A DNA stretch of 63,172 nucleotides, counting the filler, from Welwitschia mirabilis (taxonomy: Eukaryota): the NCBI GenBank assembly GCA_051453625.1. It is 7 parts of one record of this genome, joined end to end, with 100 filler letters (N's around TTAATTAATTAA, not from the genome) between each part and the next. Parts side by side here need not be neighbours in the genome. Positions count along the whole stretch, not along the records: positions 37,059 to 39,925 come from JBOZIK010000001.1; positions 40,026 to 52,372 come from JBOZIK010000001.1; 5 more parts are not named here. The stretch is one strand, 5' to 3'. Of this stretch, positions 37,059 to 49,843 are shown one piece after another (the first letter of the stretch is position 1; the number at the start of each line of letters is the position of its first letter). A model generated the notes under the pieces. The model was not told where the DNA came from, did no database searches, and worked only from the letters and a program-made list of their open reading frames with translations. The translations under genes were made by a program, and so were the position numbers.

Positions 37059-39925
37059 TTGGATAGTACAAATTTCAGAATTCAAATAAGAGATAAAAAT
37101 TAATAACTATCCTTGATAAATAATCTCTTATGAAAACTTTATGAATCTTGAGCTTCATTGGAAAAGGCATGTGAAAAGGGACTCAAAGAAAGTTTTTAAA
37201 ATAATTTTGAAGGATCTTTAAAATGTTTTCTATCATTTGATTTAAGACATTGATCTTGAAGAAGAAAACAAGGCTTTTTTATTTTGCATAAGCACATGAC
37301 AATTTATTTTCATAAGTATTAATGTAAAAGATAAANNNNNNNNNNNNNNNNNNNNNNNNNNNNNNNNNNNNNNNNNNNNNNNNNNNNNNNNNNNNNNNNN
37401 NNNNNNNNNNNNNNNNNNNNNNNNNNNNNNNNNNNAATGTAAGAGACAAAAAATTCATACAACTCATGGAAAAACAATCTCTTATCAAACTCATGATATG
37501 AAGGATTTGAAATATAGATTGCATTCAGAGCTTGATATTGAACATGAGAGGCTTTATTTAAGATCTAAGGATTTGTAAGAAACTTTTTAAGATAAGAGAT
37601 TAAGATAGGTGTTTCATATCTAAGAAGATCTTTAGCATTTAATTTCAAACATGGATTAGGATCAAGAAGATATGGTTTTCCCAAACTAAAAGTTCTAAGA
37701 TAACCCAGATTTTGTTTTGGAAAAGAAATATTAATGGAAGTACATCATAGATTTGACTTTGCAAATGAGGAAAAGTGGTTAGATTTTGCACATGAAGTTT
37801 TCAAAGGAAGAGGTTGGAATGTTTTAGAACTTAAGTTCTCAAGATGATGTGGTTTATTATTTTTAAGGACAATAATGTGATTTAGAGAGCTCCTTTCTTT
37901 ATTAATTATATCTCCTCTTTCTTTATTATTGATTATTTCTTACTTTTCTTTTTTATTTTGTTAAGGATCTTTGTTCTTTTCTAGCTTGGTGGATTCCTTA
38001 AAAAACTAATTAGAAATATTATAAAAAGAAAATCTTTCATTGTTTTCATCATCTAATAAAAGATATTATAATGTTTCTTTGTTTGATTTCTCTTCTTCTC
38101 TAAATAACTCTATTAACTCTAAACTATAATCCTCATTTGAGTTGAGTTGATCATTTTATATTGATTTTGTTTCAATGCTTATTCCCATTAATTTTAAAAG
38201 TTGAGCCTCTAGTATTAGTGGAACTCCTTCATCCTTACAAAATATGTGAAAGTTTAGGATATGATCTAAGATTTCAATGTTGTCTTCTTCTTCTTCACTA
38301 TTCTCATCATCTTGTTGCATGTTGTTGCTTTCATTAGAAGAAGAAATGTGATTATTATTCTTATCATAGATTAAAGAATTTTTAGATTACTCATGAATGC
38401 ATTCTTCATCTAATGAATGAGTCTCTACTACCTCAACATCATCATTTAATAAATAGTCATCCTCATCTTCATTGTTAAAAGATAAAATTGAATTTTTATT
38501 ATCTCCCTTTTGCTCATCTCCTAATGAGTAGGATGATGAAGTTTGATTTAAAATTTTATTCTCAATTTGGAAGTAAGAATTATAATCATTCATTCCTAAG
38601 TTATTTTCATTTTCCTCAAAGAAAGATGTAGAAGAATAAGTTTTAGGATTTTTCATTAGAAGAGAACCTTGATTTCGTAAAACATTTTGTTGAATAATTA
38701 CAACCACAGTTTCTATGAATTTGTTGGTATTTTCATGATGTTTTTTTATTAAGTCTCTCAATTCCTTCATTGGATAATTTTATTTTTTTTAGTAGTTCAT
38801 GGAGATGGATGGAATGGGTAAAAGTGATTGTATAAGCTTGAATCTCTATGATTTCCATTATTATTCCTATATGGGTTTTGAAAAGGAAATGGAAAATAAT
38901 AAGATGGTTGAAAAGAGGAGGGGATCCAAGCCCTATTCTCAACATGATGTTGTTTTATTCTCTCTTTCTCTATTAAAAGCTCTCTAAGTATCTTATTATC
39001 ATTATCTTCAGATTCTCTTCTTCTTTTCTAGATAAAAATTTCCTTAAGTAGTTTATTACTATTATCCTTAGGTTTGTTTTTACACCTTTCAATAAGAATT
39101 TTCATACAGGTCCTTTTATTACTATTTATTTTTGAGAAGAATGGAAAGAAAAGAATCTGGTTCAAGATGAAGATAGGTGATTAGTGATGATTGGGTTTTA
39201 ATGTTTGAAAAATAAAATAATCTTAGAATAAAAATAATGTATGCACTTGGGGTTTGCATTCCTGATTCTATGTTGAAACTGAGTAGTCCTTCTTTAATGC
39301 TTTCTTCTATTAGTAGCTCTTTTTTTTCTTTTTTTTTAATAAGTTTTTTTAGATCAATAATGCCACAGTACTTGCAAATAGAAAAAAATATAAAATAAAT
39401 AAAAAGCAATACTATCATCATATCTATCATGGGAATGACAAAAGGAATGACATACACAAAAACTAGGAAAATAGAAATAAAATCAGAAATCGAAATAGAA
39501 AGTGAAAAACTTAAAAAATAGGACTGTTATTCTCCTAGTCATCCACATAGCAGAGGAGACAATAGAGACTAATTTTATTGTAGAAAAATTAAAATATGAA
39601 AATAAAAATAAAAATAAAATGAAAACTAAAATTACACACTCTTATCCTATCTATTATGGGGACAATAGAAGGATGACCACTATTTTTCTACAAAAGTCAA
39701 AACTTAAAATAGAAACTAAAAAATGGCAAAAGAAAAAAATAAAAATTGATAATCAAAAAACCAAAAAACTAAAAAAAAAAAAAAAATGAAAGACAAAAAA
39801 CTAAAAAAATAAAAAGCACAAATAGAAAACCTATGATTTCTAATAAAAATACAACATTGTTATAGAAAAATAACCAAATAGAAATCTAATGTACTCATTC
39901 AAATAACAACAACCCTTATACTCTT
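37059..39925 (-). mobile_element. Internal region (5' leader and degenerate Asn/Glu-rich ORF) of a C/D-related element
   Basis: gtcatc/gatgac leader motifs at 39420-39680 like 25875-25920; ORF fragments 38387-38945 weakly parallel the D internal ORF. Confidence 0.5.
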
Positions 39926-40025
39926 NNNNNNNNNNNNNNNNNNNNNNNNNNNNNNNNNNNNNNNNNNNNTTAATTAATTAANNNNNNNNNNNNNNNNNNN
40001 NNNNNNNNNNNNNNNNNNNNNNNNN
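39926..40025. other. Artificial assembly linker
   Basis: TTAATTAATTAA at 39970-39981 between 44-N runs. Confidence 0.97.
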
Positions 40026-40607
40026 AGAGATGATTACATGTTAGTGTTATCTTGGCTGTCATCTGAATGATGAATGGGATGATAACTCATCATAAAATAT
40101 TACTCATCAATCATCTCAGTAGTTAACTCAGTAGTCCACATCAACAACTTAGTCGTGTTATCATCTTGTCTATCATGGGGATAACAGAGGAGAAGACAAT
40201 TTTCCTTGATTTTCTTGAGGAGAAACTTAGCATTTTTTTCAGTAATCCTTCTTTAAAATTTTATGCATTATAATATGCCCTTAACACATTAAATTTGNNN
40301 NNNNNNNNNNNNNNNNNNNNNNNNNNNNNNNNNNNNNNNNNNNNNNNNNNNNNNNNNNNNNNNNNNNNNNNNNNNNNNNNNNNNNNNNNNNNNNNNNGAA
40401 ACTTAGCATTTTTTTCAGTAATCCTTCTTTAAAACTTTATGCATTATAATATGCCCTTAACACATTAAATTTGGGTAAGAAATGTGTATTTCTAAGATTT
40501 CCTATTGTATCTTCAAAATCCTCAGAATTGCATCTAAACTTATGTAAAAGTCCTATAAAATAACTCATAAAACCCCATCAAGTAATCACAAATTGGCAGT
40601 GTATTAA
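40026..40607 (-). repeat. 5' half of a C-family-like LTR
   Basis: Homologous to 50461-50865; reverse complement gccaatttgtgattacttgatggggttttatgag resembles LTR starts at 14069 and 26576; no PPT adjacent. Confidence 0.7.
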
Positions 40608-41107
40608 TGGTTAAGTTTTTTGATACATTTTCATTTTTAATCTTCGTCATCCATTTTACTTCNNNNNNNNNNNNNNNNNNNNNNNNNNNNNNNNNNNNNN
40701 NNNNNNNNNNNNNNNNNNNNNNNNNNNNNNNNNNNNNNNNNNNNNNNNNNNNNNNNNNNNNNNNNNNNNNNNNNNNNNNNNNNNNNNNNNNNNNNNNNNN
40801 NNNNNNNNNNNNNNNNNNNNNNNNNNNNNNNNNNNNNNNNNNNNNNNNNNNNNNNNNNNNNNNNNNNNNNNNNNNNNNNNNNNNNNNNNNNNNNNNNNNN
40901 NNNNNNNNNNNNNNNNNNNNNNNNNNNNNNNNNNNNNNNNNNNNNNNNNNNNNNNNNNNNNNNNNNNNNNNNNNNNNNNNNNNNNNNNNNNNNNNNNNNN
41001 NNNNNNNNNNNNNNNNNNNNNNNNNNNNNNNNNNNNNNNNNNNNNNNNNNNNNNNNNNNNNNNNNNNNNNNNNNNNNNNNNNNNNNNNNNNNNNNNNNNN
41101 NNNNNNN

Positions 41108-43555
41108 TTAGTAATTACTTTTTATTAGTTATTTTTCCCTTTTTCATAATCACATCATTTTACATAAAAGAACTCATTGATATTTTTCTAAGGCTATGTT
41201 CTCAAAATGCTTTATATACTTTCCATCATAAAACTTTAAGGATAAGGTTTAGTTTTGGTTAGGAGGTATAGCATTTAATTTTTACATTATTTTTCACTAA
41301 ATCTTTTATTTAATGATTGTATAAAATATTTCATAAAATTTTCCAAAGTTATATCACTTTTTATATTTGAGTGCTTTGGCTTAAATAAGTTTTCCAAGTT
41401 TAATCAATTTGTTATTAACATTTTACTAAGGGTCTAGCAAAATTCTAGTTAGGGGATCAATTAACATGTAAAAATTAACATTTTGATCAAGTTAATTAAT
41501 CAATTTATCTTAATTTAAGATATTAATATAATCAATTTTATTATAAAAACATGTCTTCTATTGATTTTCTATACTAATTAAGAACTTAGCACATGTGCAT
41601 AACATTTTCATGATATTCATTGCAATTTGAAGGAGATGCCTGAAATTGAAGATAATCTAACTTAAAATGCTAGCACTACCATCTAGATCACTTGATGTCA
41701 TTAGTTCTTCTACAAAAAATAATCCAAATCTCACAATCCTAACTTATCATGTAAAATTGAGCCAAATGTTATTATGGGCTTCATTAGATTTCAGATCAGA
41801 AGAAACTTGCATTTTTAATGACACATTATGATGATGATAGTAATACATAGTAGTGACATATGACATTACTGAGGTAGATGATGATGGATACACATATAAT
41901 GATAGTAGTTAGTAAAAGTAGCAGCATCTAAGATCCAAGTATTAGCCTCCTTATAATCATCTATACCTAATGAAAAAGATGATAGACACACTACTAAATG
42001 CCNNNNNNNNNNNNNNNNNNNNNNNNNNNNNNNNNNNNNNNNNNNNNNNNNNNNNNNNNNNNNNNNNNNNNNNNNNNNNNNNNNNNNNNNNNNNNNNNNN
42101 NNACTACCTAATGCCATCATTTTATAAGTACTTACCTAATGCTATAAATTAAAGGCTTGTAATAATCTTCTACCCCCCATCTTTACCTATAAAAAGGCCT
42201 TGATTCCTTCATTATAACATCCTTTATTTTGGTAAAATTAAATGTTTGGAATGTTAAGAAATGATGGCCTTTCAAGCACCTCTTTAAGAAGTTAACTTGG
42301 CTTTAAGGATAGCTTGAGGAGTTCTACTAGCATTTCTATTCTTTTAATATAATGCATTTTCTTTAATACATGAAAGTTGTTTTGATTNNNNNNNNNNNNN
42401 NNNNNNNNNNNNNNNNNNNNNNNNNNNNNNNNNNNNNNNNNNNNNNNNNNNNNNNNNNNNNNNNNNNNNNNNNNNNNNNNNNNNNNNGCCTTGATTCCTT
42501 CATTATAACATCCTTTATTTTGGTAAAACATTAAATGTTTGGAATATCAAGAAATTATGGCCTTTAAAGCACCTCTTTGAGGAGTTAACTTGGCTTTAAG
42601 GATAGCTTGAGGAGTTCTACTAGAATTCCTCTTCTTTTAATATAATGCATTTTTCTTTAATACATGAAAGTTGTTTTTCTTTCAAGTCACAAGTCGCTTT
42701 GTAGTTGGACACTTAGGTAATAAATTAACTATCATGTTTNNNNNNNNNNNNNNNNNNNNNNNNNNNNNNNNNNNNNNNNNNNNNNNNNNNNNNNNNNNNN
42801 NNNNNNNNNNNNNNNNNNNNNNNNNNNNNNNNNNNNNNNTTTAATACATGAAAGTTGTTTTGATTTCAAGTCATAAGTCGCTTTGCAGTTGGACACTTAG
42901 GTAATAAATTAACTATCATGTTTGATTTTCATTTAAGTAAATTCCTTAGTCACTTAGTCTATCTTTTTGTAATTTTATGGATTTTGAATTCCTAGGGTCC
43001 TTACTTTTCATTTTTATTATAAGTCTATGAAGGATCAGATGGTAATTGAGTTTACTAATCTTTATATAGTGAATGATATTATGTCACATGATACAAGCTA
43101 ATATACTTGATAGTTTGAAGTGTATTATAGGGAAAGCATAGTACATCATCAAAGTTAAGANNNNNNNNNNNNNNNNNNNNNNNNNNNNNNNNNNNNNNNN
43201 NNNNNNNNNNNNNNNNNNNNNNNNNNNNNNNNNNNNNNNNNNNNNNNNNNNNNNNNNNNNTGTATTATAGGGAAAGCATAGTACATCATCAAAGTTAAGA
43301 ATTACTAGTAAACAAGTTGATGAAAACTTGAATCTTACTTGATTTTCTAATTTTTCAAGTCAAAGTTTCAATACTACTACTCTTAACTCTTTCATTTTTC
43401 TTTCTCTTAATTGTAACTTGCAATAAGAAAAAGCATGTAACTTCTAAAAACATATCTTAGTTATCCCTATGAAAAGAATGATACTGAGTGTTAACTTAGT
43501 TAAATTTGGTTCACTATATGAAACAAATACATATTATTGTAAAGAATTCAAATCA
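41108..43555 (+). mobile_element. 3' end of another Athila-like element (3' internal region, PPT, LTR from about 41460)
   Basis: ttactaagggtctagcaaaattctagttagggga (about 41423-41456) parallels the pre-PPT motif at 30870-30905. The LTR end at ...caaatca is tentative. Confidence 0.45.
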
Positions 43556-44429
43556 TGAGAAATATGTTATGATCTAAAAATAGTTTAGATGTTTACCTAC
43601 TAAAAATGATAGAAATATTTAAACTTTTAGTAGATAATGATGCATGCATGTAGATGGGGAAAATGTACTAAAAATATATGAAGAAAATATAATTGATAAT
43701 TAAATACACAAGGAATGAACAAATAACTAGCTATATCTTTACTAAAATAGTAGATGAAATATTAAGCATACTTTTTCTAATATTTTAAATTAGGATATAA
43801 ATTTGATAATAGATATAGCTTTCTTTATGTTGTTACCTTAGATAGTAAGTTATTTTCCACTAATATGGCTAACTATACCATACACAGATCTTTACATTAT
43901 TAAAATAACTTTCTAGATTAATTTTTTCTTAAGTACAAAGAATGTCATACTAATATAATCATACTAGATTTAGGTTGGCATGGTAGTAATATCCATAAAA
44001 AAAGACATGTTATTTTAGTTAAATGTTAAATTATATGGGTTTAACCTTCTTTTAACTACTTTAAAGCTTCAATCAATCAATGTAAGGACTTTACAGGTTT
44101 ATGGAGATTGTTTATGGCTTTTCTTATCTTAATGTATTGTTATTTTTTTCTTACCCATTAGTAATATAAACTTTAATAACATTTGTTAACCATGATTGAT
44201 GTTGTCTGTCTTTAATATTTAAGTAAAACATTAGAATGCAATCCTCTATTATCATGGCCTTCTCATTTTTTTGAATGCTAACACTACTAGTGAAACACCA
44301 TCTTTCAACAAGTTGTTGATTACTAACATAGTGCTATTAACTGCCCTATAGTCCCTCTGCTTTTGTTGGTCCATGCTTTCCTAGCCTATCTCTCATGCTA
44401 CTTATCTAACTATAGTCTCTTCATCCAAT

Positions 44430-44660
44430 TCATACCCCTACTTATATCACATCAATTTATGATTTATTACTCTTATTTATGATAATATAACTCATGCTCC
44501 TACCTTCACTATACTAATTTGTGATCTAGTGCTCTTTCCTATGATAATCTGATCTATGTTCCTAGCTATGTTGCACTAATTTATAATATAGTACTCTTTT
44601 CTATATCGATCTAAGCAATGCTCCTACCTATGTAACATCAATATGTAGTCTAATGCTCTT
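44430..44660. repeat. Degenerate ~60-64 bp tandem array (3-4 copies)
   Basis: tgctcctacc...ctaatttgtgatctagtgctctttc recurs near 44496, 44556 and 44619, with a weaker copy near 44432. Confidence 0.6.
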
Positions 44661-46499
44661 GGTTGTGCCCTTTTTTATGCCTTTTTGCTAATGTGGTTTA
44701 CCTTTGCTAACTCCTTGTGGTTCACTAACTTCCACATAATATTCTTTTTCTTTCATGTTCTATGTACCTTTACCTATTATTCTGCTAGCTCACTGTGATC
44801 TACTAGCTCTATGTAGTCTTCTTCTTATATCCCATCACTCACTGCAATGTGATTCTTGCATGCCTAATATTTTAAGCCTATAGCTACTCTCCTATCATAC
44901 CTTCACTATGCCTATGTGATTGTGCTATGTGACTGCCTTCTTACTAGTACAAACCTACCTCTTCCTCCTTTCTTGATGTGTCATCTTCTCGTCATGCTCT
45001 TGGTATTGCTATCATTTGCTATCAATGCCATAAAAAAATTATTCTTCATGACTTTAATGGATCTTTTAATCACCAATACAACATTGGTGTAGTAGCAAAG
45101 TAGTTTTTTAACCTAAGAAAATATGAGAGATTTAATTTCAAGTAGTATTAAAATTATTTTTTTAAAATTTGTACTAACTATTTTTTATGCATATACACAT
45201 GTGATTTTGAGCTAGGCTTTCTGTTTTTTATGCACATGTATTTAGTCTTACTCAACCATTACCCTTGTTTTTTGCACATAGGGTATTTTTATCTCTTATT
45301 TTGTTTTGGAGTCAATTTTCTATCTTTTTTATTTTTTGAGTATTTTTTAATTTTTTAAGTTTAAAACATGGCATTTTAAGCCTTTTTAGTACTTTTTAAA
45401 GTTTTTTGGACATTTTTATAATCATTGCAAGCCCCTAGTCTTTATTTTCTTTTCTTTTTATCTCTTTTTTTCATCAAGTCAAGTTTGGAATCTGGAATAA
45501 AATTCACTTAGCTTAACTATACCAAGTCAGTCCCTATTTGTGTATTTTGGTGTGTTTGTCTTTTATTTTCCCTTTGTTTTTTTCATACTTAACCTTAAAT
45601 TTTTGTGATTAAGGTTTTAAAAATTTAAAATTACATTTATCCTAAATACATCATGTTCTTCATGGCTAATAAGTCTTAGTTGGTGGTGGATATAAGAAGT
45701 CTTATATAGATAAAGATCTATGTTAGGCTATGCTATCCTCTAGTCTTAGTGTACATTTTTTTAACTACCTTAACTATGAAGTTTAAGCCATACAAAGATT
45801 TATGTCTCTCATAAGCAAAAACATCTTTGGTGCCCTTATCTCTAAATTCCTATTTACATTATCTTAATTGAGGGCATATTAGATCAAGGTCAAAGGCACA
45901 ATGGTAGGGTTTACTTAAATATTATCTCCAAGTTGAAAAGGAGGCATAAGTATAATCAATTTTAAAATTTATTATTTTTAAGATATAAGTAGTTTATTGA
46001 CATTATATGGTACTCTTCTTTAATACCTAAGGTAATCAAACCTTTCTGATGATTGAATACTCTACCAAGATGATTCATACTTTATAGAGTAGATGTAAAA
46101 TTAATCAATCTCAACATTTTTATTACATTAATTAATTTAGGCCCTTGTTCAAATTAATCCATTTTTTACAAAGTAACATTATTCATTCTCATGTGCATAG
46201 GATTTTTTTTGGTTTGGAGGGTTTTTTTCCTTAGTTGTTAAAAATTATGACTTAGATAGATCACTTATATTTTTGGGCTTAATTTCCTTTTATTCTGATT
46301 ATATCTTTCTATTATAACATTTTCTCTCTTTTATTTTGTTGTATTACAACTTGGATAGATCACTTGAAACTATGGATGATAGCAAGATGCTTTTTCCTAT
46401 GACTATATTATTATTTTCATTTTTCTTCCTTGCCTTATTTTTGAGGTTTTTGATAAGATTTATTTGTATGATAGATTAGATTACTTTTAATAGTAAATG

Positions 46500-49400
46500 T
46501 TAGTAATATTCCTGTGGAATTTGACTTTACCTTACAACTTATTAAACCTATTTTATATTTTCTTAGGATTCATCATAACTTCAACATCAAAAGATAAATT
46601 TTAGATCTTAGTAGATAACTTTATACTAGTATTGACTATAGGATTTATAACCAATATTAACATGAATTTACCTGATGATCAGAGTTAGAAGAAATGGAAT
46701 GAAGATTTTATATTTATAATGCACATTTATGAATTTAATAGAGATATTTTTAATAAAGTGTGTATTCCTCTTTAGAACTAGGATGAAGAAGATGCATGTG
46801 AACTGATTGATAGTAAGCTCATAGAGATAATGTAAAATCAATGGCCACTCTACATAAAAAGCTAGTTAATAGAAGTAAGTCAAGTTATACCAACCATTAC
46901 ATCTTGAAGGGTACATTTTGTGCAAAGAATTCTCTAGAAATAATCAATTTCATTACAAACATGAATATTATTCATTATGAAAAAGGTAAAATGTGTTAAC
47001 TAATAGCTTAGTGGATAAACATTAAGGTAAAGATTGCTAAGATAGATCCAAAAAATTGAGAATGGATCCATTATATTAACTTGCATCATTACTATTTGGA
47101 GTATTCATCTCTACATAACTACATTCTATCTCTTCATGAAAGTAAGATGCTATATAATATGNNNNNNNNNNNNNNNNNNNNNNNNNNNNNNNNNNNNNNN
47201 NNNNNNNNNNNNNNNNNNNNNNNNNNNNNNNNNNNNNNNNNNNNNNNNNNNNNNNNNNNNNAATGTAAAATCAATGGCCACTCTACATAAAAAGCTAGTT
47301 AATAGAAGTAAGTAAAGTTATACCAACCATTACATCTTGATGGGTATATTTTATGCAAAGAATTCTCTAGAATTAATCAATTTCATTACAAACATGAATA
47401 TTCTTCATTATGAAAAAGGTAAAATGTGTTAACTAATAGCTTAGTTGATAAATATTAAGGTAAAGATTACTAAGATAGATCCAAAAAATTGAGAATGGAT
47501 CCATTACATCAACTTGCATCATTACTATTTGGAGTATTCATCTCTACATAACTACATTCTATCTTTTTATGAAAGTAAGATGCTATATAATATGAACTTT
47601 AATACACTTAGTAAGAATCTTATTTTCACAAAACTATAATTTAAATTCATAGATTCTTCATCCTCTGATACAGCATTCAAAGTTTCTCATTCTTATAGTT
47701 CTCCTCATTAAACTAAACAGTTTGCCAACAAATCCCATATACAACAGGAATCACATCATGATAAGGATAAGGATTTATAAAAATAGTAAAATAAGAAGCC
47801 TAATTAGACTCNNNNNNNNNNNNNNNNNNNNNNNNNNNNNNNNNNNNNNNNNNNNNNNNNNNNNNNNNNNNNNNNNNNNNNNNNNNNNNNNNNNNNNNNN
47901 NNNNNNNNNNNGGATAAGGATTTATAAAAATAGTAAAATAAGAAACCTAATTAGACTCAGTAAAATAACAAGTAATTTTAAAATACCACCAACCCTAAGA
48001 AAAACAAATATCAATGCTCATAATATACAAGATAAGGTCAGACAATAGACTTTTGTAATATACCTTTAAATAAGATCAAGTCTACATCTAAAGAAAATGT
48101 AGTTACTAAGGAATTTGATTCCCTTAATGATATTGCAAATTTTGAGTTAAATGCAATCTTTAGTAGCTTTTATTTTATGGATATGAATGAGTACATACCT
48201 CATAATGCAATATGGATTCGTGATATAGATGCAATTCATCACATGAGTTATTAGCATGATTATTTTAATAACTTTTTTAAAGTATCAAGTTAGGTTTATT
48301 TGTTAAATAGAACATTAATTTAATTGGAAGGGTATTATTTAGTTATCTTAAATTTCACATTGCTCGTTTTACAAACTATTTCTCATGTTCTAGATGTTCC
48401 TTTTCTGAGGTCGCATCTTCTATTACTTGCTANNNNNNNNNNNNNNNNNNNNNNNNNNNNNNNNNNNNNNNNNNNNNNNNNNNNNNNNNNNNNNNNNNNN
48501 NNNNNNNNNNNNNNNNNNNNNNNNNNNNNNNNCTCTTTTTACAAACTATTTCTCATGTTCTATATGTTCCTTTTCTGAGGTCACATCTTCTATTACTTGC
48601 TACACTTGTATGAAATATCACTTAATTTTTATGATGAACCACTCAATGGATATTTATGATAGTAATTAGCAACTAGTCATGAAAGGATATAGGGATCAAA
48701 ATATCATTCATCTTCATAGTTATGTCAAAATGTAAGAGATCTTTTACATAGTTTCCCAAGATGAGATTTTTACCTCACTACTTAAACATTCTTAACTAGA
48801 ACATCTACTACTCACATAATGAATGCAATATGTAATAATGGTCACTAGCTTATTTTGTCTATTTTCGTTAGTGTGAAGCATGTATTATGGATAAAAAAAC
48901 TTGAAAATGTTTTACACTAGGTAAGTGGCAGGTCAATCATAAACTTCTAGTTATGCACAATGATCTATGTGGACCAACATTAGTTTTTACTCTCCATAGC
49001 TTTTGTTATTTTATCTATTTAATGATGGATATTTCCAAATGGCTTTGATGTACTTCATAAAATGTAAGTGCTAGGCTTTGGGTATTTTTAAGAAGTTTAA
49101 AAATAAAGTAAAAAAAAAGCCATCTATCAAATTAAAATTTTTCATTTAGATAATGATGGTAAGTACACGTTTGTTAATTTTAAGTCTTTTCTTGCTTCTA
49201 AAGGGATTTGACTTTTGAAGACCTACCTTGAAATAGCTTAACAAAATGAAATTTTTAAGTAATTTAGTCATACTATTATGGATATGATACATTCCATGAT
49301 GTATTTTAGTGGTTGCAAGACCTATCCTTGGGGTGAAGCAGTAATACAATAGTTCATATTAATAATTGCATTGGTTAATATACTAAAAAAGGAGTATTTA

Positions 49401-49700
49401 TAGTGAAAAATTAGTATGAGTATAAGCTAAAGTTAAACCTTTTTCATGTTTTTAGTTGGAATTACTACATCTGTATTCTATTTAAACATCATGATGAATT
49501 CGGAGCACATCCTCACATTAACATCTTTATAAAATATCTAACTGATTAGGAGGGTTATGTGTATATCTCCCAAAGTATCATAAGATCATTGTTTCTCATG
49601 ATGTCATCTTATTAAAGACTTTAAATAATTATTCTTAGCTTAATCCTTAAAAGCTACATCCTTCATCTGACCCAGTAACCATATTAGATGCTTTATGCCC
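46500..49700 (+). pseudogene. Ancient Ty1/copia polyprotein relic (gag, protease, integrase); RT not seen
   Basis: IWIRDIDAIHHMS (~48210, protease), HVLDVPFLRSHLL, CEACIMDKK (~48872), HNDLCGP (~48956), IKIFHLDNDGKY (~49131) in copia order. Confidence 0.8.
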
Positions 49701-49843
49701 TTCAGTTGAGGAGAGATATCTAGCCATCAATTATGATTTAGTTTCTTATATTAGTATAGCTACTTTTAAACCTATAGGGGTTGACCAATTTGGTGATATT
49801 AACATGCTTAATCATGATTCTAGTATTAATTTTAGTAGGTTTA

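Noticed and set aside
39122-39789. 111-aa and 95-aa ORFs
   Set aside because: Low-complexity A/T-rich retroelement leader giving Lys- or Phe/Ile-rich chance frames.
45075-45215. PBS for the copia relic
   Set aside because: Candidate motifs are too degenerate and no LTR pair could be defined.
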